This document shows, piece after piece, positions 37,440 through 51,664 of a stretch of DNA of 62,695 nucleotides. The stretch is from Girardia tigrina. Lineage: Eukaryota. The position numbers and the translations under genes were made by a program. The DNA lies in NCBI GenBank assembly GCA_001938485.1, contig MQRK01187577.1, forward strand, positions 34,571 to 97,265, in the 5' to 3' direction. How positions within the stretch are numbered: the stretch's first letter is position 1; each line of letters begins with the position of its first letter. Under the pieces are notes generated by a model. That model saw only the letters and a list, made by a program, of their open reading frames with translations. It ran no database searches and was not told the origin of the DNA.

Positions 37440-39230
37440 GATTGAATGAGTTGGATATCAAATCTGGTGGTCCGTTTGAGTTCGAGGATGTTCTAACGGG
37501 GGAAGTGATGGCGGCACTAGAAAAGGCAAATAGTTCTTCACCAGGATATTCTAATATAACATATAAAATATGTTGTATTATAACCTAGTGGGAATAATGT
37601 ATACAAAATTATTTAATAGGATTATAGAATCCATATTGTCCCAGAAAGTTAGAAGCAATTTTTTACAATATTACTTCAAAAATCAGGTAAACAAGGACAA
37701 CATGGAGATCTTGCTTCTTGGACACCCATGGCCATTTTAGAATGCGCGTACAACATTTTAGCGATACTCTTGAGGGACCAAATTGCCAAATGGATCAAAA
37801 ACGTCTTACACCCTGTGCAGAAAAGTCTGGGACCATATGATGATTGTGCAGAGCACAACTTTCTTATCAGAGCAATCCTAAACAGATTGTACAAACAAAT
37901 GTATGAGTCGTTTCATGGAGCAATGTTAGATGCGGCTGATGTATTTGTCTCAGTATCGGTCGAGACAGTAATATGTCTGTTAAGGAGGATAGGTGTAGGA
38001 GAGAGATCATGTAGATTGATTAGGGCATTGTACACGGACTGCTCATTAGCATATAAATGCGGCAACACGGTCACGGATCAGATTTCAATTTTAGTAGAAG
38101 TCCAACAGGGATGTCCCTTATCCCATGGTGCTGTTTAACATTGCAATTAATCATGTGTAGATTGGACTTGACAAAGTATGTCAAGGAGGACTTATGATTG
38201 CCACAGAGTTAGTTGTACGGCGTATGCTGATGACTTAGTATTGTTGGAGAATAACATGAACAATATGCAGACACTTATTGATAAGGCTGTTGAACTAACC
38301 GAAGTGTTAGGAATCAAATTCAGACCCAGCAAGTGTGCAAATATTGTTCAGCCTCACAACGCAAATGATACTATAAAAATATATTTAAAAACAATTCCAG
38401 AAATAGGTTAAGGCAGTGGTTTCCAACCTTTTTGTACCGGCACCCCCCCTTTTAAAAAATAATTTGTTGCACCCCCCTTTAAAAAACAAATTGTTGCGTC
38501 CCATTAATAATTAATGGGATGTTTATAACCCTGTTACTTCGCGCTCGTGCCGAAAAACTAACTCAACATTAAATTAACATTTCCTGGTACTATTATAACA
38601 GTTATGAAATTTACCTCAATGTTAATTTNNNNNNNNNNNNNNNNNNNNNNNNNNNNNNNNNNNNNNNNNNNNNNNNNNNNNNNNNNNNNNNNNNNNNNNN
38701 NNNNNNNNNNNNNNNNNNNNNNNNNNNNNNNNNNNNNNNNNNNNNNNNNNNNNNNNNNNNNNNNNNNNNNNNNNNNNNNNNNNNNNNNNNNNNNNNNNNN
38801 NNNNNNNNNNNNNNCCCACCAGTGCTAGGCTCCAAACGCGAAAGCGAGATATTTCGTTCCAAAAAGAATATGGATTGGATGTTTTAGCCTTTGTACCCGA
38901 AAAATTCGCGGCGAGGATTTTGGATTATGTATACCGCTGATTCATTATTTGACACCTATTCGAATTTCTCGATTTGTATTCGAAAATAATATTTTGGAAA
39001 CAGCTGCATGCCCCCCTGGGGGGGGAGCGCCTCAAAGTTTGGAAACCACTGGGTTAAGGTGAATTTGTAGTGTATCTTGGTGGATATTTTTCAGAGAACA
39101 TCAAGGAATCATCAGTAAAACAATTCGCAACGATGGTGAGGGAAATGGAAACGATCACAAAATCAATACTTTTCCCCTGGCAGAAATTTTAAGCCTACTT
39201 TGTGTACTTACACTCAAAGATCATTTTCTT
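37440..39230 (+). mobile_element. Non-LTR retrotransposon RT pseudogene (R2/NeSL-like), interrupted by a hAT MITE
   Basis: SSPG, WTPMAI, CAEHNFL, LDAADVF, VQQGCPLS, AYADDLVLL and IKFRPSKC motifs; YLG after the MITE. Confidence 0.88.
38414..39051. mobile_element. hAT (Charlie-like) MITE
   Basis: TIR cagtggtttccaa; 8-bp TSD GGTTAAGG (38406-38413, 39052-39059). Confidence 0.92.
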
Positions 39231-39234
39231 ATAT

Positions 39235-40806
39235 CGGATTTTCTTCATCCCATATAATATTTATCACAATTTGATTTTGCAGTTCCACATCTTCCCGGCA
39301 AGCAAAATGTTGTTGCTGATTTTTTATCCAGAAATCCAGTTTCAGCAATATTACTTCTTCCAGATTCAGCTCTCGAGTTGCTTCAGTCTGAAAATCTTTC
39401 CAAAAAAGAGCTCGCTGATTTCCCAAATCACTATACCGACATTGATGGTATAACTTATGATTCTGTGGATCTCGGTGTCCGAAGAATCATCGTTCCTACC
39501 GGTTTACACAGGCGCATCTTCGATACATTCCACAAATTGCACCATCCGGGTCGAAAAGCAACATTCGAGATGATTTATACTCGTTTTGCTGGTCAAACAT
39601 CATACATGATATCAAAACATGGTGCCAAGAATGTACCGATTGCCAAAAACAGAAAGTAACGCGGCATATTAAACCACCAGTTATCAGATTTCCAACAGGC
39701 AATCGTTTTGAGATTGTACATCTAGACATTATCGGTCCACTACCACCTTCAAATGGATGCTCTTATATTTTAACAATGATCGATCGGAAAACAAGATGGC
39801 CTGAAGCAGTTCCAATCTCCTCAATTTCTGCTGAAAATGTTGCTAGACATTTTGGACTGCTCGGTACGGTGTACCTTCTCAAGTTATCACGGATCAAGGT
39901 CGGCAATTCGACAGTAATTTATTTCAGGATCTTGCTAAAACGTCTTGGATTCAAACACGTCCATACAACTTCGTATCACCCACAATCGAACGGTCTTGTC
40001 GAGCGTTTTCATCGAACATTAAAGACTTCTCTACGTTGTTTAGGTACCTCTTCAAACTGTCATGATTCTCTTCCACTCGTGTTATGAGGTTGACGAAATA
40101 CTTTTCATTCATCTACAGGGTCTTTTCCTAGTGTTATGATATTCGGAGCTGGAACAGCTTTCCCTGATGAGCTTTTTAGATAAACGATTAATACTGATCT
40201 CGAAGCTCTACATGCCGCAAGAAAACACTTCCTCTCCTCTGATACAAACCCATCTTTTGGAAACTCAGCCCAGAAATTAACTCATCTGCCAAGTTCAGTG
40301 CTCTCAGCCAAGTATGTCTGGATATGTGAAAAAGATACTCATCATATGAAGCCTCGTTATACTGGACCATTTCCGGTTATTTCTATTAAAGGTAATGTTG
40401 CAAAAATTAAAATTCAGGATGCCGAACAAACCATCAATCTCGAGCATCTGAAGCCAGCTTTCGGTTTTCCCCAAGACGAGAACCACCTCGAACTCCGTTC
40501 TTCTCCAAGGGGGCTATGTGGTGATGTCATTCCTCACTACATTCAGTGATATTGAACTCCAATGATGTCAAATCTCAAGACATCACTAGAGTTCAAATTC
40601 CGGTGATTTCATATGTCATGACATCACAGGAATGTGCAATTGCAATGTCAATTTCAATTGCATCAACTGACCCCGGGGCATATTATATAATATTATATAA
40701 TATTGCCTTAATATAAAAGGGGAAGATTTCAAAGTTTAATTGGTTATTGTACGCAATCAATATTTAATTCAAATATATTTTATTAGACCAATTTGCGTTC
40801 TTTACA
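39235..40806 (+). mobile_element. Gypsy LTR retrotransposon 3' part: RNase H end, integrase, PPT and 3' LTR (40517-40806)
   Basis: PGKQNVVADFLSR, HHPGRKAT, HLDIIGPLPPS, TTSYHPQSNGLVERFHRTLK, YTGPF; PPT aagggggc; TG...CA LTR. Confidence 0.9.
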
Positions 40807-41043
40807 GATATATTTGGTTTCTGACATAAAAAGCTAGATAAGGACTACTTCTAAAACTTTACCAAGACGGTAAAATTAGAATTGTAAAACTTTTATCAAT
40901 TATTAACAGTCACTAAATCATTCACTTCGAGTATAATGATACAAAACATTTCGATTCAAACTAGTTAGCGATTTTAGCAAATGTCATTACCTTATATAAT
41001 TTATTTTTATTTTTGAAGAATTTGTGAACATTTTTATATTTAG

Positions 41044-42290
41044 ATACAAATTACCAAAAGAAGTATAAAGAGTTTGAACATGAAAATGTAAGTGAAAAGA
41101 TAAGTAAAATTGTGTTCCAAGGAAACAGTAAATCTCCAATTCTACAAAGAACATTAAAATATCCTGATATTAGCGATCTAATTTCCTCAGAAAAGAAATT
41201 CTATCAATCAAATGTAAAGTACAGTTCAAAAGATTCATTGAATAACGAAGGTAAAATCCATCTTAGTAAGTATCCCAAAGAATTAAGTCCAAACAAATTC
41301 TCCAATATGACACTCAATCGAGGATCTCAATTATCACAATCCAACTATGAATTGAACAGAAAACCAAGCCAAAGTTCGTTCCGGTATCAAAATACGGTAA
41401 ATTCTGAGACTAATTTATATGAACATCGATTTAAGAAAGTCTTAGAAATGTATTCTAAAAGTTTCGAAAGCTTTGAAGATAAAAACCAAGACGATAGTGT
41501 AGAAACTATTCCCAAAAACCTTTCAGTCAATCGGCTAAAACTAGAAAAATTAAAGAACTTTAATAAAAAGAATCACAATCATAGTCGAAGTGACAAATCC
41601 CCAGAGATTTCAAAGCCAGATTATATATTAAAGGATGTCAAAAATATTTCACCAATAAAATCCACGGAAGTAACACCCTTTGATGACAAGAGACCCCACA
41701 ATATCAATAATTCACCACCTAGTCAAATTAACAAAAAGAAAAATGTTAATTTTTTTAATGATCTTAAAAAGAAAGTTGACATCGAAACTCAAAGTGATTC
41801 GATTCAATCAGACTCACAAGCGCGATGCGGTTCGAAAAAGAAACTTTCTCCATTGATCCAAAATACCCCAAATCGTACATTACTCCAAGGTACTGATACT
41901 AATACCGGAAATAAAAGCATTCTCAAGAAAGATTCAGAGTTCGTTATTAACCAAACCTCTACGAACAACTTAATACCAACTTTAATTAATGTTCAAGTCA
42001 CCAAAAAATCGGAATCAGAAGGATCAAGAGTAAACAATCAAGAAAAAGTTACAATACAAAATAGTATACCGTGTATCAGTGATAATGAAGAACTGAATGA
42101 GAGGCAGTTGAATACTTTATCAAGATTTTCTACTAATCCAAATAACTTGGAAAATAAAGCCAATACTTCTTGTGAAAATCTGTCGAACAATATAGAAAGT
42201 CATATACATAATCAAGGATATATTTCTCGGACACCTCTCAATAGCGATCCTTGTCAGATACGAGTTACAAATCCGTTGACAAACAGCAAG
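41044..42290 (+). CDS. ZC2HC1-like exon 6, a large low-complexity S/N/K-rich exon
   Basis: 1247-nt stop-free frame; tttag acceptor in phase 1 matching exon 5; donor AAG|GTTGAA. Confidence 0.75.
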
Positions 42291-42463
42291 GTTGAAATTA
42301 TATTCAATGCAATTTATTTTACGTTTATTTATATTTTTTTATTATGTTTTATTAATCAAAATTGAATTTTCTCTTCATGATATCCCTTTATATTTTTCGA
42401 AGAAAGAAGTAAAAAACACATAATACCATATCTTATACAAAAGAATTACGTAAATTATGTAAA

Positions 42464-43283
42464 GGGCCGTTCATGAATTATGTCACACTTTTAGAGGGGA
42501 TGGGATCTTGAAGTTTGTGACATTTTGTGACAGTGGGAGGGGGTTGTGATAATTTTTGACGTCACAAAGATTTTATAAGATAAAAGTCAGTGGTATCAAA
42601 TCTCAAAATATTTAAGTAATCAATGATAAAATTTGAAGTATGAGTTTTTCATGATTTAATTTTTTATTATTTTGACTAAATTAGTTTAAAAAGTGTATAT
42701 ATGAAGTGTTTGTTAAGATAGTGGTGCAAAGTTTATGGATTTATTTCAAAATCAGGCATTTTCCAGTCAGAATATTCCTTACGATACATATTGTCCGTCT
42801 ATCAGCCAAATTGTTTCAAGTCGAGTCTGTGTAAGACTATAATTTATATTGCGCTTCTTTAGAGATGTTAACAATTCATCGTAAGAGCATCCATAATCGT
42901 ATTATCATCACTAAAAAGAAGCCATAAAAAGTAATAGCGACTCGAAAGAAAGAAATCATGATTGAAATTGTTGAAGATGTCGAATGAATAACTGAAGAAC
43001 ATCTCGACGCTCAAATAATTGAACCTGATCTATGCACTCTCGATAGAAGCATTCCTTTGATTAATATTGAAACACACTTGAAAAATATATGAAATTTTTA
43101 ATAAAAATAATATTTATAAACTAAAAAATGTGAATTTATATTATTTTTCTTCATAAAAATTTAACAATTTTTTGTGACGTCAAAAAGGGGGTGGAGGATG
43201 TAGATTTTGTGATACGTTGTGATAGAGGGAGGATGGGGTTAAAAAAGTCATTTTTTCGTGTGATATAATTTATGAACGGTCCC
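42464..43283 (+). mobile_element. Zator- or PIF/Harbinger-like element with C-terminal transposase remnant
   Basis: TIR gggccgttcatgaattatgtcacac/gtgtgatataatttatgaacggtccc, TAA flank; YCPSISQIVSSRVC...YCASLEMLTIH. Confidence 0.65.
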
Positions 43284-43894
43284 TAATTCACGTTATTTCA
43301 AATATTAAGTTTCATGTTTTGATTTATCTATATATTTACATTTAGTAACAGATCAACAGATGGTCTCTTTCTCTTGCTTAGTCCTCTATGCTAATTTCTC
43401 TAACTATTTAGAGTTCGTTCGTAAACTTTTTCAAAAAATAATATTCATCTCCTTACATATATCTGAAGTTGTTAGAATACGTCTTCAACAGTAATAAATT
43501 AGTGACATTAATGTGCTTAAAGAAAATAATAATAAAACGAGTTTCCTTGATTAATTTAATATTAAATAATATTTTTCTTTACGTTATCAAAATTTTATTT
43601 TTACTTCAGATATATACTGAATATAAATAGAAAAAATCAGCAACCTTGTACATGTAGAAACAAAACTATTGTATTAAAAGCCTTGAAAAAGACTTATCGA
43701 TCAACCATGTAACTTTCCTTTGACATGGGTAAAAAAGTTTAGTCTTAAATTGTTAGTAGCATTTATGCTATTATCGTTATTAGACATTTCAGAATCCGAA
43801 TTCTTCTTTAACACAAGAAGTTATATCGTCAAAATATTTTAAATTCTACCCCGTTTATTATTTATTTTAAAACTTTTATTATTCATTTTCCTAT

Positions 43895-44741
43895 TGTGAG
43901 GAATATTTGAATGTTTGATGTTTTGTGTTTGAATGTTGTGCATGGATTTGGAATTGCTTATCTCCTACCCAGATGAATGATTAATATTAGGTTGTCCTAA
44001 AAGTTCCCCGTCAATAATGAAATTACAATTTTTTTCACATTTCTTTTTGACATTATTTATATCGATTTATTTATAGCATTATATGGACTACGAGATAACA
44101 AAGCTTGAAATCCGTGTGTTGCTGCGTCCAAGAGTTTGTTGGAGTCGAAATCCTACCGCATCCTACTTACAGCCCTGATTGCGCTCCATCCGACAATGGC
44201 CTCTTCCGATCCATGCAACACTTCTTGAAAGGCCGCCCATTCGATGCATTCAATGAAGTTGAACAAGCATGTAAATAGTTGTACAATTCGAAGCAGCCGG
44301 AATGGTACTTTGACCATATCCGAAAGCTTGCAGACCATTGGTAGAAAGTAATCGAAAACGATGGACTGTACTTTGAAGATTAATTGTTATTTATTTAAAA
44401 TAAATTCTTACACAAAAAATGTCTTTTTCATTCTTGATCGGGAACTTTTAGGAACCTAATATTTTAATTCTTATAATCTGAAAATATGTAATGTTTAAAT
44501 TTATTTCTAATTTAAAATAATTGTAAAATTTTAAATAAGTTAATTAATTTTATTTACAATTTTTAATAAATAAATTGAATTAATATTTTTTAAATCATTA
44601 ATATTCATTTTAATTTTTAACCAATAAAATATCGAATAAATATTTTAACAATTTTTGTAGATCTCTATTCGTTCAGATAATAAGATTAAAGTCATTAATT
44701 AATTAGACGAATGCAATCGTACGAAAGCTTTGACAAAGATT
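43895..44741 (+). mobile_element. LTR of the tgtgagg family, 3'-truncated, with a mariner insertion
   Basis: Colinear with 5542-5981 on both sides of the mariner. Confidence 0.8.
43987..44459 (+). mobile_element. Internally deleted mariner, same family as 60365-61569
   Basis: TIR ttaggttgtcctaaaagttccc, TA TSD; its 5' and 3' parts match the longer copy. Confidence 0.9.
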
Positions 44742-44989
44742 AAACAACAAAAAAAATATATAATTCATTTGATCGATTTAATTCGATTTTTTAAAAAATA
44801 AATTCGGCTAATCAGAAACGGCCTAAAACGTCATAAATTGTTCACATCGAATATTCAAGGCGAATTAAAATTAGCAGTGTTCTGTGAGATGTCACTCAAT
44901 TAAATGAATCCGATTTCTGGCGCTGTTTTAAATTCTGACATTTCTGTAATCGATGAAACACTCGATCTGATTCGAGGAGGCAGATTTGA

Positions 44990-46030
44990 GGAGGCTTTAC
45001 GTGCTGTTAATTATATGAAATATTTAAAAAATCGTCTTCCTTATTTAAATATTAAAAAAACTTTAATGATGGATGAAACTGCAGTATTTTGTGAGGATGC
45101 CAGAACAAATACTGTGGATTTAATCGGAGCACGCCATGTAGTAATGAAATCAACTGGTTTTAGTTCAATGAGAGTAACAGCACTGATTTCTATTTGAGCA
45201 GATGGTAGGAAGACAAGGCCTTTGGTAATCCATAAAGGAAAGGATGGAAGTCCTATTTGTAAACAAAATCGTATCTTGCATACTACTCAATCAAAATACT
45301 GGGTTAACCAAGAATTAATTATAAATTGGATCGACCATATGTTTCCTTTGATTGATTTAAGTAACGGTAAGTGTTTTATTTGGGATTCGTGTCGATTTCA
45401 TTTAGGCCTACAAGTAAAAGAACATTGTATTAAAATAAATGTTTAAATGATCGTGATCCCAGGGGGATTGACATCTTATATACAAGCAGGAGATATAGGA
45501 ATTTTTCGTTCCTTGAAAGATTTGATATATTTTCGTATTAATGAATGGAAGAACTCTGATTCTGTTGTTTATACCAAAAAATGGTAATTCAAAACCAACA
45601 TCCAAGGAATTGGTTAATTCATGGGTCGGAGAATCTTTGAATGAATTGAAAACCGAAACCATACAAAACTCAATTATATCATTATGATTTATTTCGAACC
45701 CTGACGATTGGCATATAGCAAAGCATGATGTGTATGGTAGAAAGTTTTGCGAGGCTTGGGCTGTTTCAAATCAGATTGAACAATTTCCCTACGAGTCTAT
45801 TTCCCGGAAGATGTAGATGATCAGGATGTATACTGTTTAGATGATAATGATGATGTAGAATGTTTGGATGTTGTTAATGAATAAAGTATTATTGATATTT
45901 GTTTTATTTTTTATTCATATTTTGATATTTTTGTTAATGGGAATTGAAAGCACCAAATAGTATCACCAACTTAAAAAAAATTTAGTGATACTATTTAAAT
46001 AGTATCAGTGATACTATTTGGCGATATCCG
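44990..46030 (+). mobile_element. pogo-family transposase pseudogene
   Basis: MDETAVF, KSTG, ADGRK, IWDSCRFH, IPGGLTSYIQAGDIGIF motifs. Confidence 0.85.
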
Positions 46031-46154
46031 TTAGTATGTATTAAAACCCTTACTATCCAATAAAGGCGCAAAAATAGATCGAATGAATAAAAATTATAAA
46101 TTTAAACAAAAAATACAAGGAATAATTTGTAAAATAATTAAAAACACTATAATT

Positions 46155-46156
46155 AA

Positions 46157-46193
<37 letters not shown>

Positions 46194-46569
46194 TGTCTAA
46201 AAAGTGTGTTTGTCTGTTTGTTTGTTTGTCGGTCACACTTTTCAATGGGAAATTGCGCACGAACCGGAGTGAATCCATTTAAGGACGTGGTCATTCTGGA
46301 TAACCCGCATGAATGCAATTTTATCGGTATAGCGCCTTCGCCGAAAGGCGCCCGGAAGCTGATGAAATCGATCGAAAACCGTACAAGTCGTTAAATGGTT
46401 AAATTTTTTTTATTTTTTATTTATTTTTATTTTATTAATTTATTTGACGAATGGCGATTTATATCACTTATTTACTAATTATATTTCTAAAAATCAATTT
46501 AGGTTAAATTTGCAAAATTTCGTTATTATCTGATTCACGGTTTGTCAGTCAAGCTCAAATTTTACTATG

Positions 46570-46612
<43 letters not shown>

Positions 46613-46835
46613 TGATAAAATGCGACATAGTGGAAGAACAGTGAGTGAATCCGCATAAAGTTGAGATAAACATGCATAGTCCGCATTGAGATGGTTCTGT
46701 ATGTACAGTTAAATCAACACAGAATTCGAAACATTAAATAATAAATTATAATAATTACGATTTAAAAAATTAAAACAGAAACTTTCAAAGTCGAAAATTC
46801 AGCTCACCCGTCATATATGACGGGTCTTTTTCTAG
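46155..46835 (+). mobile_element. Non-autonomous Helitron
   Basis: 5' (TA)n and (GTTT)n tracts; 3' hairpin acccgtcatatatgacgggt (46806-46825) then CTAG|T. Confidence 0.8.
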
Positions 46836-47189
46836 TAATTAAAATAAATGTTCTCTAAAATTTTAACAAACAGTTAAAATCAGATTTTAAAGATTATAAA
46901 AATCATTTTTGACATTACAATTTATTACAAAAACAATTAATAATTAAGATGTGTTGAATATTTAAGCAAATATTCCTACTTTACCCTCCTTATTTTCTAG
47001 GCGCATTATATCTTAATGCACTTTTAATAATGACTAAAAAGTCATTAAAAGGAACTAACTTTACTAAAATTCAACCTCCCACTTGAAATTGACGATTACA
47101 TCGTTAATTTGATCACCCAGCAATTGCATCCAATTTAAAGATACTTCTCTATTTTTTTTGTTCTTTTATTCTTAATGGAGACTTTTAAA

Positions 47190-47715
47190 TTTGATAGAAT
47201 ATTCAGTACACGCTGTTTGTTGGAAGAGCTTTGAATTGAAGAAACTTGCAGACATCGTATTCGTATTGTCAAGTACTTACCATCACAATACTAATAGCAT
47301 GATCGAGAGACAGTTTCAGACTTTAAGAGATTATATAAATGCTACATTAAAAGATTGGAGAAAGTTACTACTAGGTATAGAATTAATCGTCAAAGCAACA
47401 TGACAGAAATTAACAGGAGTAAGTACAGCTGAGATTTTTTTTCGGAAGGACAGTCAATAGATGTTGTTGGTTCAAATACAACAATAAAGATAGAGAACAA
47501 AAAGAAAGACAAATAGACAATAGAGAAGTAATAAAACAAACATTCAAGATATCTTTACAAAAATATTCGAAATAAAGATCAAGATAAATATAAATGTCCA
47601 TTGAAAATTGTAAGTAAGAATCATGATAGCTCGTATAGACTGAGGAATGAAGGCGGCGAAGAATTGGTGCGTAATGTAGATAATTAAAAAATCTTCAAAA
47701 AAGAGGATACAAATA
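47190..47715 (+). mobile_element. Gypsy-like integrase remnant
   Basis: SSTYHHNTNSMIERQFQTLRDYI...TGVSTAEIFFGR followed by a purine tract. Confidence 0.65.
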
Positions 47716-47965
47716 ATATAATAATTAATATAAACTAATTTAAGATATTTTAATTTCTATTAATATAAAAACGTGATATATGCATTCAAAAATAAGGATT
47801 AAAATATTATGTGTATTTATCATATTTATAAAATGGTTAAATTAAAAAAAATGTTGATAAAAATGTGCTTAAAATACATGTTTTAATATTATACATTTTG
47901 AGTTTTATTTGAATTTTTTGTGTAAATAAAGTATTATATCAAAATATTTGTTATGGAATCTGAAG

Positions 47966-48050
47966 AAATTTGCGCGGCCAACATTTTCCCTATCACTGCC
48001 ACTTTTGAACAACACAAACACTAAAGGAAGTGTCTTGTTTGAGCCCGCAA
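47966..48050 (+). CDS. Putative ZC2HC1-like exon 7
   Basis: Phase 0-1 open frame KFARPTFSLSLPLLNNTNTKGSVLFEPA; weak acceptor. Confidence 0.4.
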
Positions 48051-48442
48051 GTAAAACCATTACCTGACATACAAGAACTTTAGGAAAGATTCGATGAAAT
48101 TGTAATAAATTGTAATAATATAATATATGTTGTGCTACTTTAACTATCAATACCGATATTTTTGGAGTCAAATATAACGCCTAGCACTACATTAGTAAGT
48201 CTAGAATTAATTTTGAAATTTTAATGGTAGTTAGATTGGGATTGGGATTTTTTCCGTTTAATAATAGTGGAAGTTGTTTTTTGGGTGAATTTACCCGCTG
48301 TTATTTTATAAAGAAAGAGATTATAATATTTTATGAGCAAAAATATAAACATTCTGAACTCATTTGTCATATTATAATATGGCACATAAATAGTAGCACA
48401 TAGCATGAAAAAAATGCGCTTATTTATACAAAAAATAGCCAG

Positions 48443-48497
48443 GAAGAAAATCTGGGTGCGAGCAATATAATACGACGCGTTTTCTATCGAAATTACG
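48443..48497 (+). CDS. Putative ZC2HC1-like exon 8
   Basis: cag acceptor, strong GTAAGT donor, phase 1-2. Confidence 0.45.
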
Positions 48498-48563
48498 GTA
48501 AGTTATTAATCTATAATATTAATTTATGTTATAAAAATGTCGTATTTTGAAAAATTGTTTCAG

Positions 48564-48594
48564 TTTTTTGAATTCGCCACCAAACCAACACTGA
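48564..48594 (+). CDS. Putative ZC2HC1-like last exon (stop at 48594; an alternative frame runs to 48692)
   Basis: ttgtttcag acceptor; closes a phase-consistent 650-aa model. Confidence 0.4.
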
Positions 48595-49849
48595 CGTCCG
48601 TGAAAAATGGTCTCGTAATCAACCCTTCAACGCCTGTTAAAAGCAGTATGTTACGAAATGAGTACGCAAATGCTTGGAAAATCAAACTTTAATATTTCAT
48701 CTTTTCAGTTAATATTTATTATTTTTAGTCCTCATTACTTTGGGCTATATTTAGTTACTTGTTAATTTGTATAATTTTACTTCATTATTTTTATATAGAT
48801 TTTTTGAATTAATTTTCTTAAATTTTTGTTAAATAAAAACATTTTAAATTTCCTTTCTGATTTGTTATAGTATTTGATGTTCATTTGGCTTTGAAGTTTT
48901 AGATATTCCTATTTATTAAACAATAGAAACTATAACGAGTGTCCAAAAAAACGTAACACTTATTTTTTAAAACCTAAAGAAATATTAACACTCAATTCTT
49001 TGCACGTTAATATGCATTAAGTACGACAATTAAAATGCCTCCAATAAAAAGCAATAACTCACAAAATTAAAGAGTTACTTCAATTCAAAATGTCCGCCAT
49101 TATGATGACGATTTTCGAAAATTGTATTAACTCGTTGTAAGGTTTGATTGTTGATTTTTTGTAGATTTTAAGTAATAGAGAAAGATAACCCTAAAATGCG
49201 CAATTTTTTAATTATCATAAAAAAATTATCACACGCGGCCAGTATTACAAACTGAACTGTCATTTTTGTTGACAAAATATATTGCATCTATGACTTTATG
49301 GGCAGTTATCATTCCATAGACAATGTTTTTGGTTCACAGTATGTAAACACTCAAAGAATATCACGTGATTAAAAGATATTGAGGTAAAATATGGTTGATT
49401 CAAATATGAATCACGGCGCATTGTAGGGTTAAATCATCAAATTTAACTAATTTGTTTTCTAATAAATGCATATAAGAAGAAATAGGAATAAGAAGCCGTA
49501 GATCTTCTTGTGTACTGCAATGACACAGTCTTGAAACGTTTGATTTGAAAATTTTCTTATTCCTTGAGAACGATTCTAGGATTCATGGTCTTGTTGTTTG
49601 CTACAAGATTGAATAACAATGTTTTTCTTGTAATTCTAGAATGAAATAATCATGCAAACATTGATAAAACAATGTAATTGTTAGGGTTTCGAAAAATACA
49701 TATGAACACTTTTGATAAAATTTTATGAAGAAAAAAATTTAAAATAATTCTTTTGGTAAAATTATTAATTTCAAACAAAATAATATTTAGTTTAACAATA
49801 TAACAATTTGGTGTCAGAGAATTACTTATTTGAAACGTGTATATCAAAC

Positions 49850-50230
49850 GACTTCAGTATTTTCAATCAAGAAAAATACATAGCCTACAAAGTAAGATTT
49901 AACCTCATCGAACTAAATGATTTCATTCCAAGCGACTTTCCAAAATCAAAATCTAAATATAGTCTCCCATCATGTTCTCTTCATGTTGTCCTTGATTTAT
50001 GCATTTAAATTGCTGTATTTCTTGATATAAGTGTTCTCTGTACTCTTCTGAGTATGCCCTTTTATTATCCTTGATTTGGTTGGAATAAACATTGAAAATA
50101 TGGGCTTTTTTGCAGCGAATGGTACAATATGCTTTCACTAGCGTACGAACGTTGTGTAATTCCACGTATTTACCTCTAAAACATTTCAATGAATCTCAGT
50201 CATCATGTTGCTAAAGAAGTCCTGAATTCA
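49850..50230 (-). mobile_element. Decayed LINE APE-endonuclease fragment
   Basis: IFNVYS...EHLYQEIQ...MMGDY resembles APE INVYAP...IIMGDFN. Confidence 0.4.
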
Positions 50231-50785
50231 TGTAAAATTCTGACGGTAGGAGAGCTATTTGTAAAACTCATTTGATTCTATGATTACAAACATATAAATT
50301 TTACAAAGATGATAAAATAACATTTAATAGCTATTAATGTTATTTTTTTAGAAAGGTTTTTGAAAATCTTTTTACCTATTGATTACATGGCCGTAAGTTA
50401 GAATATTCTTATTTTGAGATCTCGGTTGTGAAAATATTGGCAATAATTTTTTATCTTTCACAGGCAGTCATTAATAGCTTTTTAGGAGATTGGTTAAGTC
50501 TGATTTCAGCTCTTTTTAATTTGCTGGAAACCGATTCAATCGTTTCAAAAAGAGAGAAAAGGGTTGCAGATGTACCACTTCTATATACTATGGAGTAACA
50601 ATGCCTGTATGGAAAGAGATATTGTCATATTAGATGATGACTAGTTGGAGGAAGGAGGTGGACGAAATTGGATATGAGTTTTTAGTAAATCTCTCGACTT
50701 ACTCTACCGGTTATTCTCTTGAAATACTTCAACCAGCTTTTGCAGATAACCATGATTAATGATATGTTTCTTCCACAAACTGAAT

Positions 50786-50826
<41 letters not shown>

Positions 50827-51664
50827 GGTACCTCTTGAGGAACGACCAGTTATTTGTCAAGTTCACTTATTGTTTCATACTTCATCGATGTAAATTGATG
50901 CATTCCATTATTTAGTTTCATTAAGGAGCTTATCCGCATCAAGAAAGAGCGAGTCTTTGATGTCATTAATATTTCACTGATCGATGATTTTTTATATTTT
51001 CTTGACAGTGTAAAATTTTCCGGTCAGAAATCGATTGATTGCTAAAGAACAATTGTAGTGACCAAAAAATTAAATATTAAAATTTATAAATATATCTATA
51101 TATTAAAATCCAATATTCATAATTATAGATACAGTTTACAATACAAAACAAAAATAAAAAGAATTTGTGATAACAACAATTTGTTTGTCTAAATCACTTT
51201 TTAGTGAAAAATTGAATTTTATATAAATTTTCCTCGTTGTCGGTTTTCAATATTTTTATGAAATTAAACTCCGGAAATATCCGTTGAGTCATTTCGCACA
51301 CAAAAACAATCAAACAACATATTTTTCTTAAGAAAACTTTACATTTATTTTAAGGTTACCTCAGGAAAGTTCTCCAGGAAGTTGTTATTCAATCATAATA
51401 TAAACAAGTAAGATTGGGACAGGACCGGGGTACCATGTTGGACATGGGAGCAGTTGATACCCAATTTTGTACAGTTCACTTTTGATGATATCTGCCGTGT
51501 GTAACATAAAGCAACAAATTAAAACAAAACCAGTAGTTATTTCATATAAAATCAGGCTTCAGAATATTTAACTGAACTTATATTTTATCAAATCTTTCAA
51601 TATTTTTTAGATTGTATATGCTTACATAATCAAAAACGCAATGAATTTTTGGCCAATTCAATAT

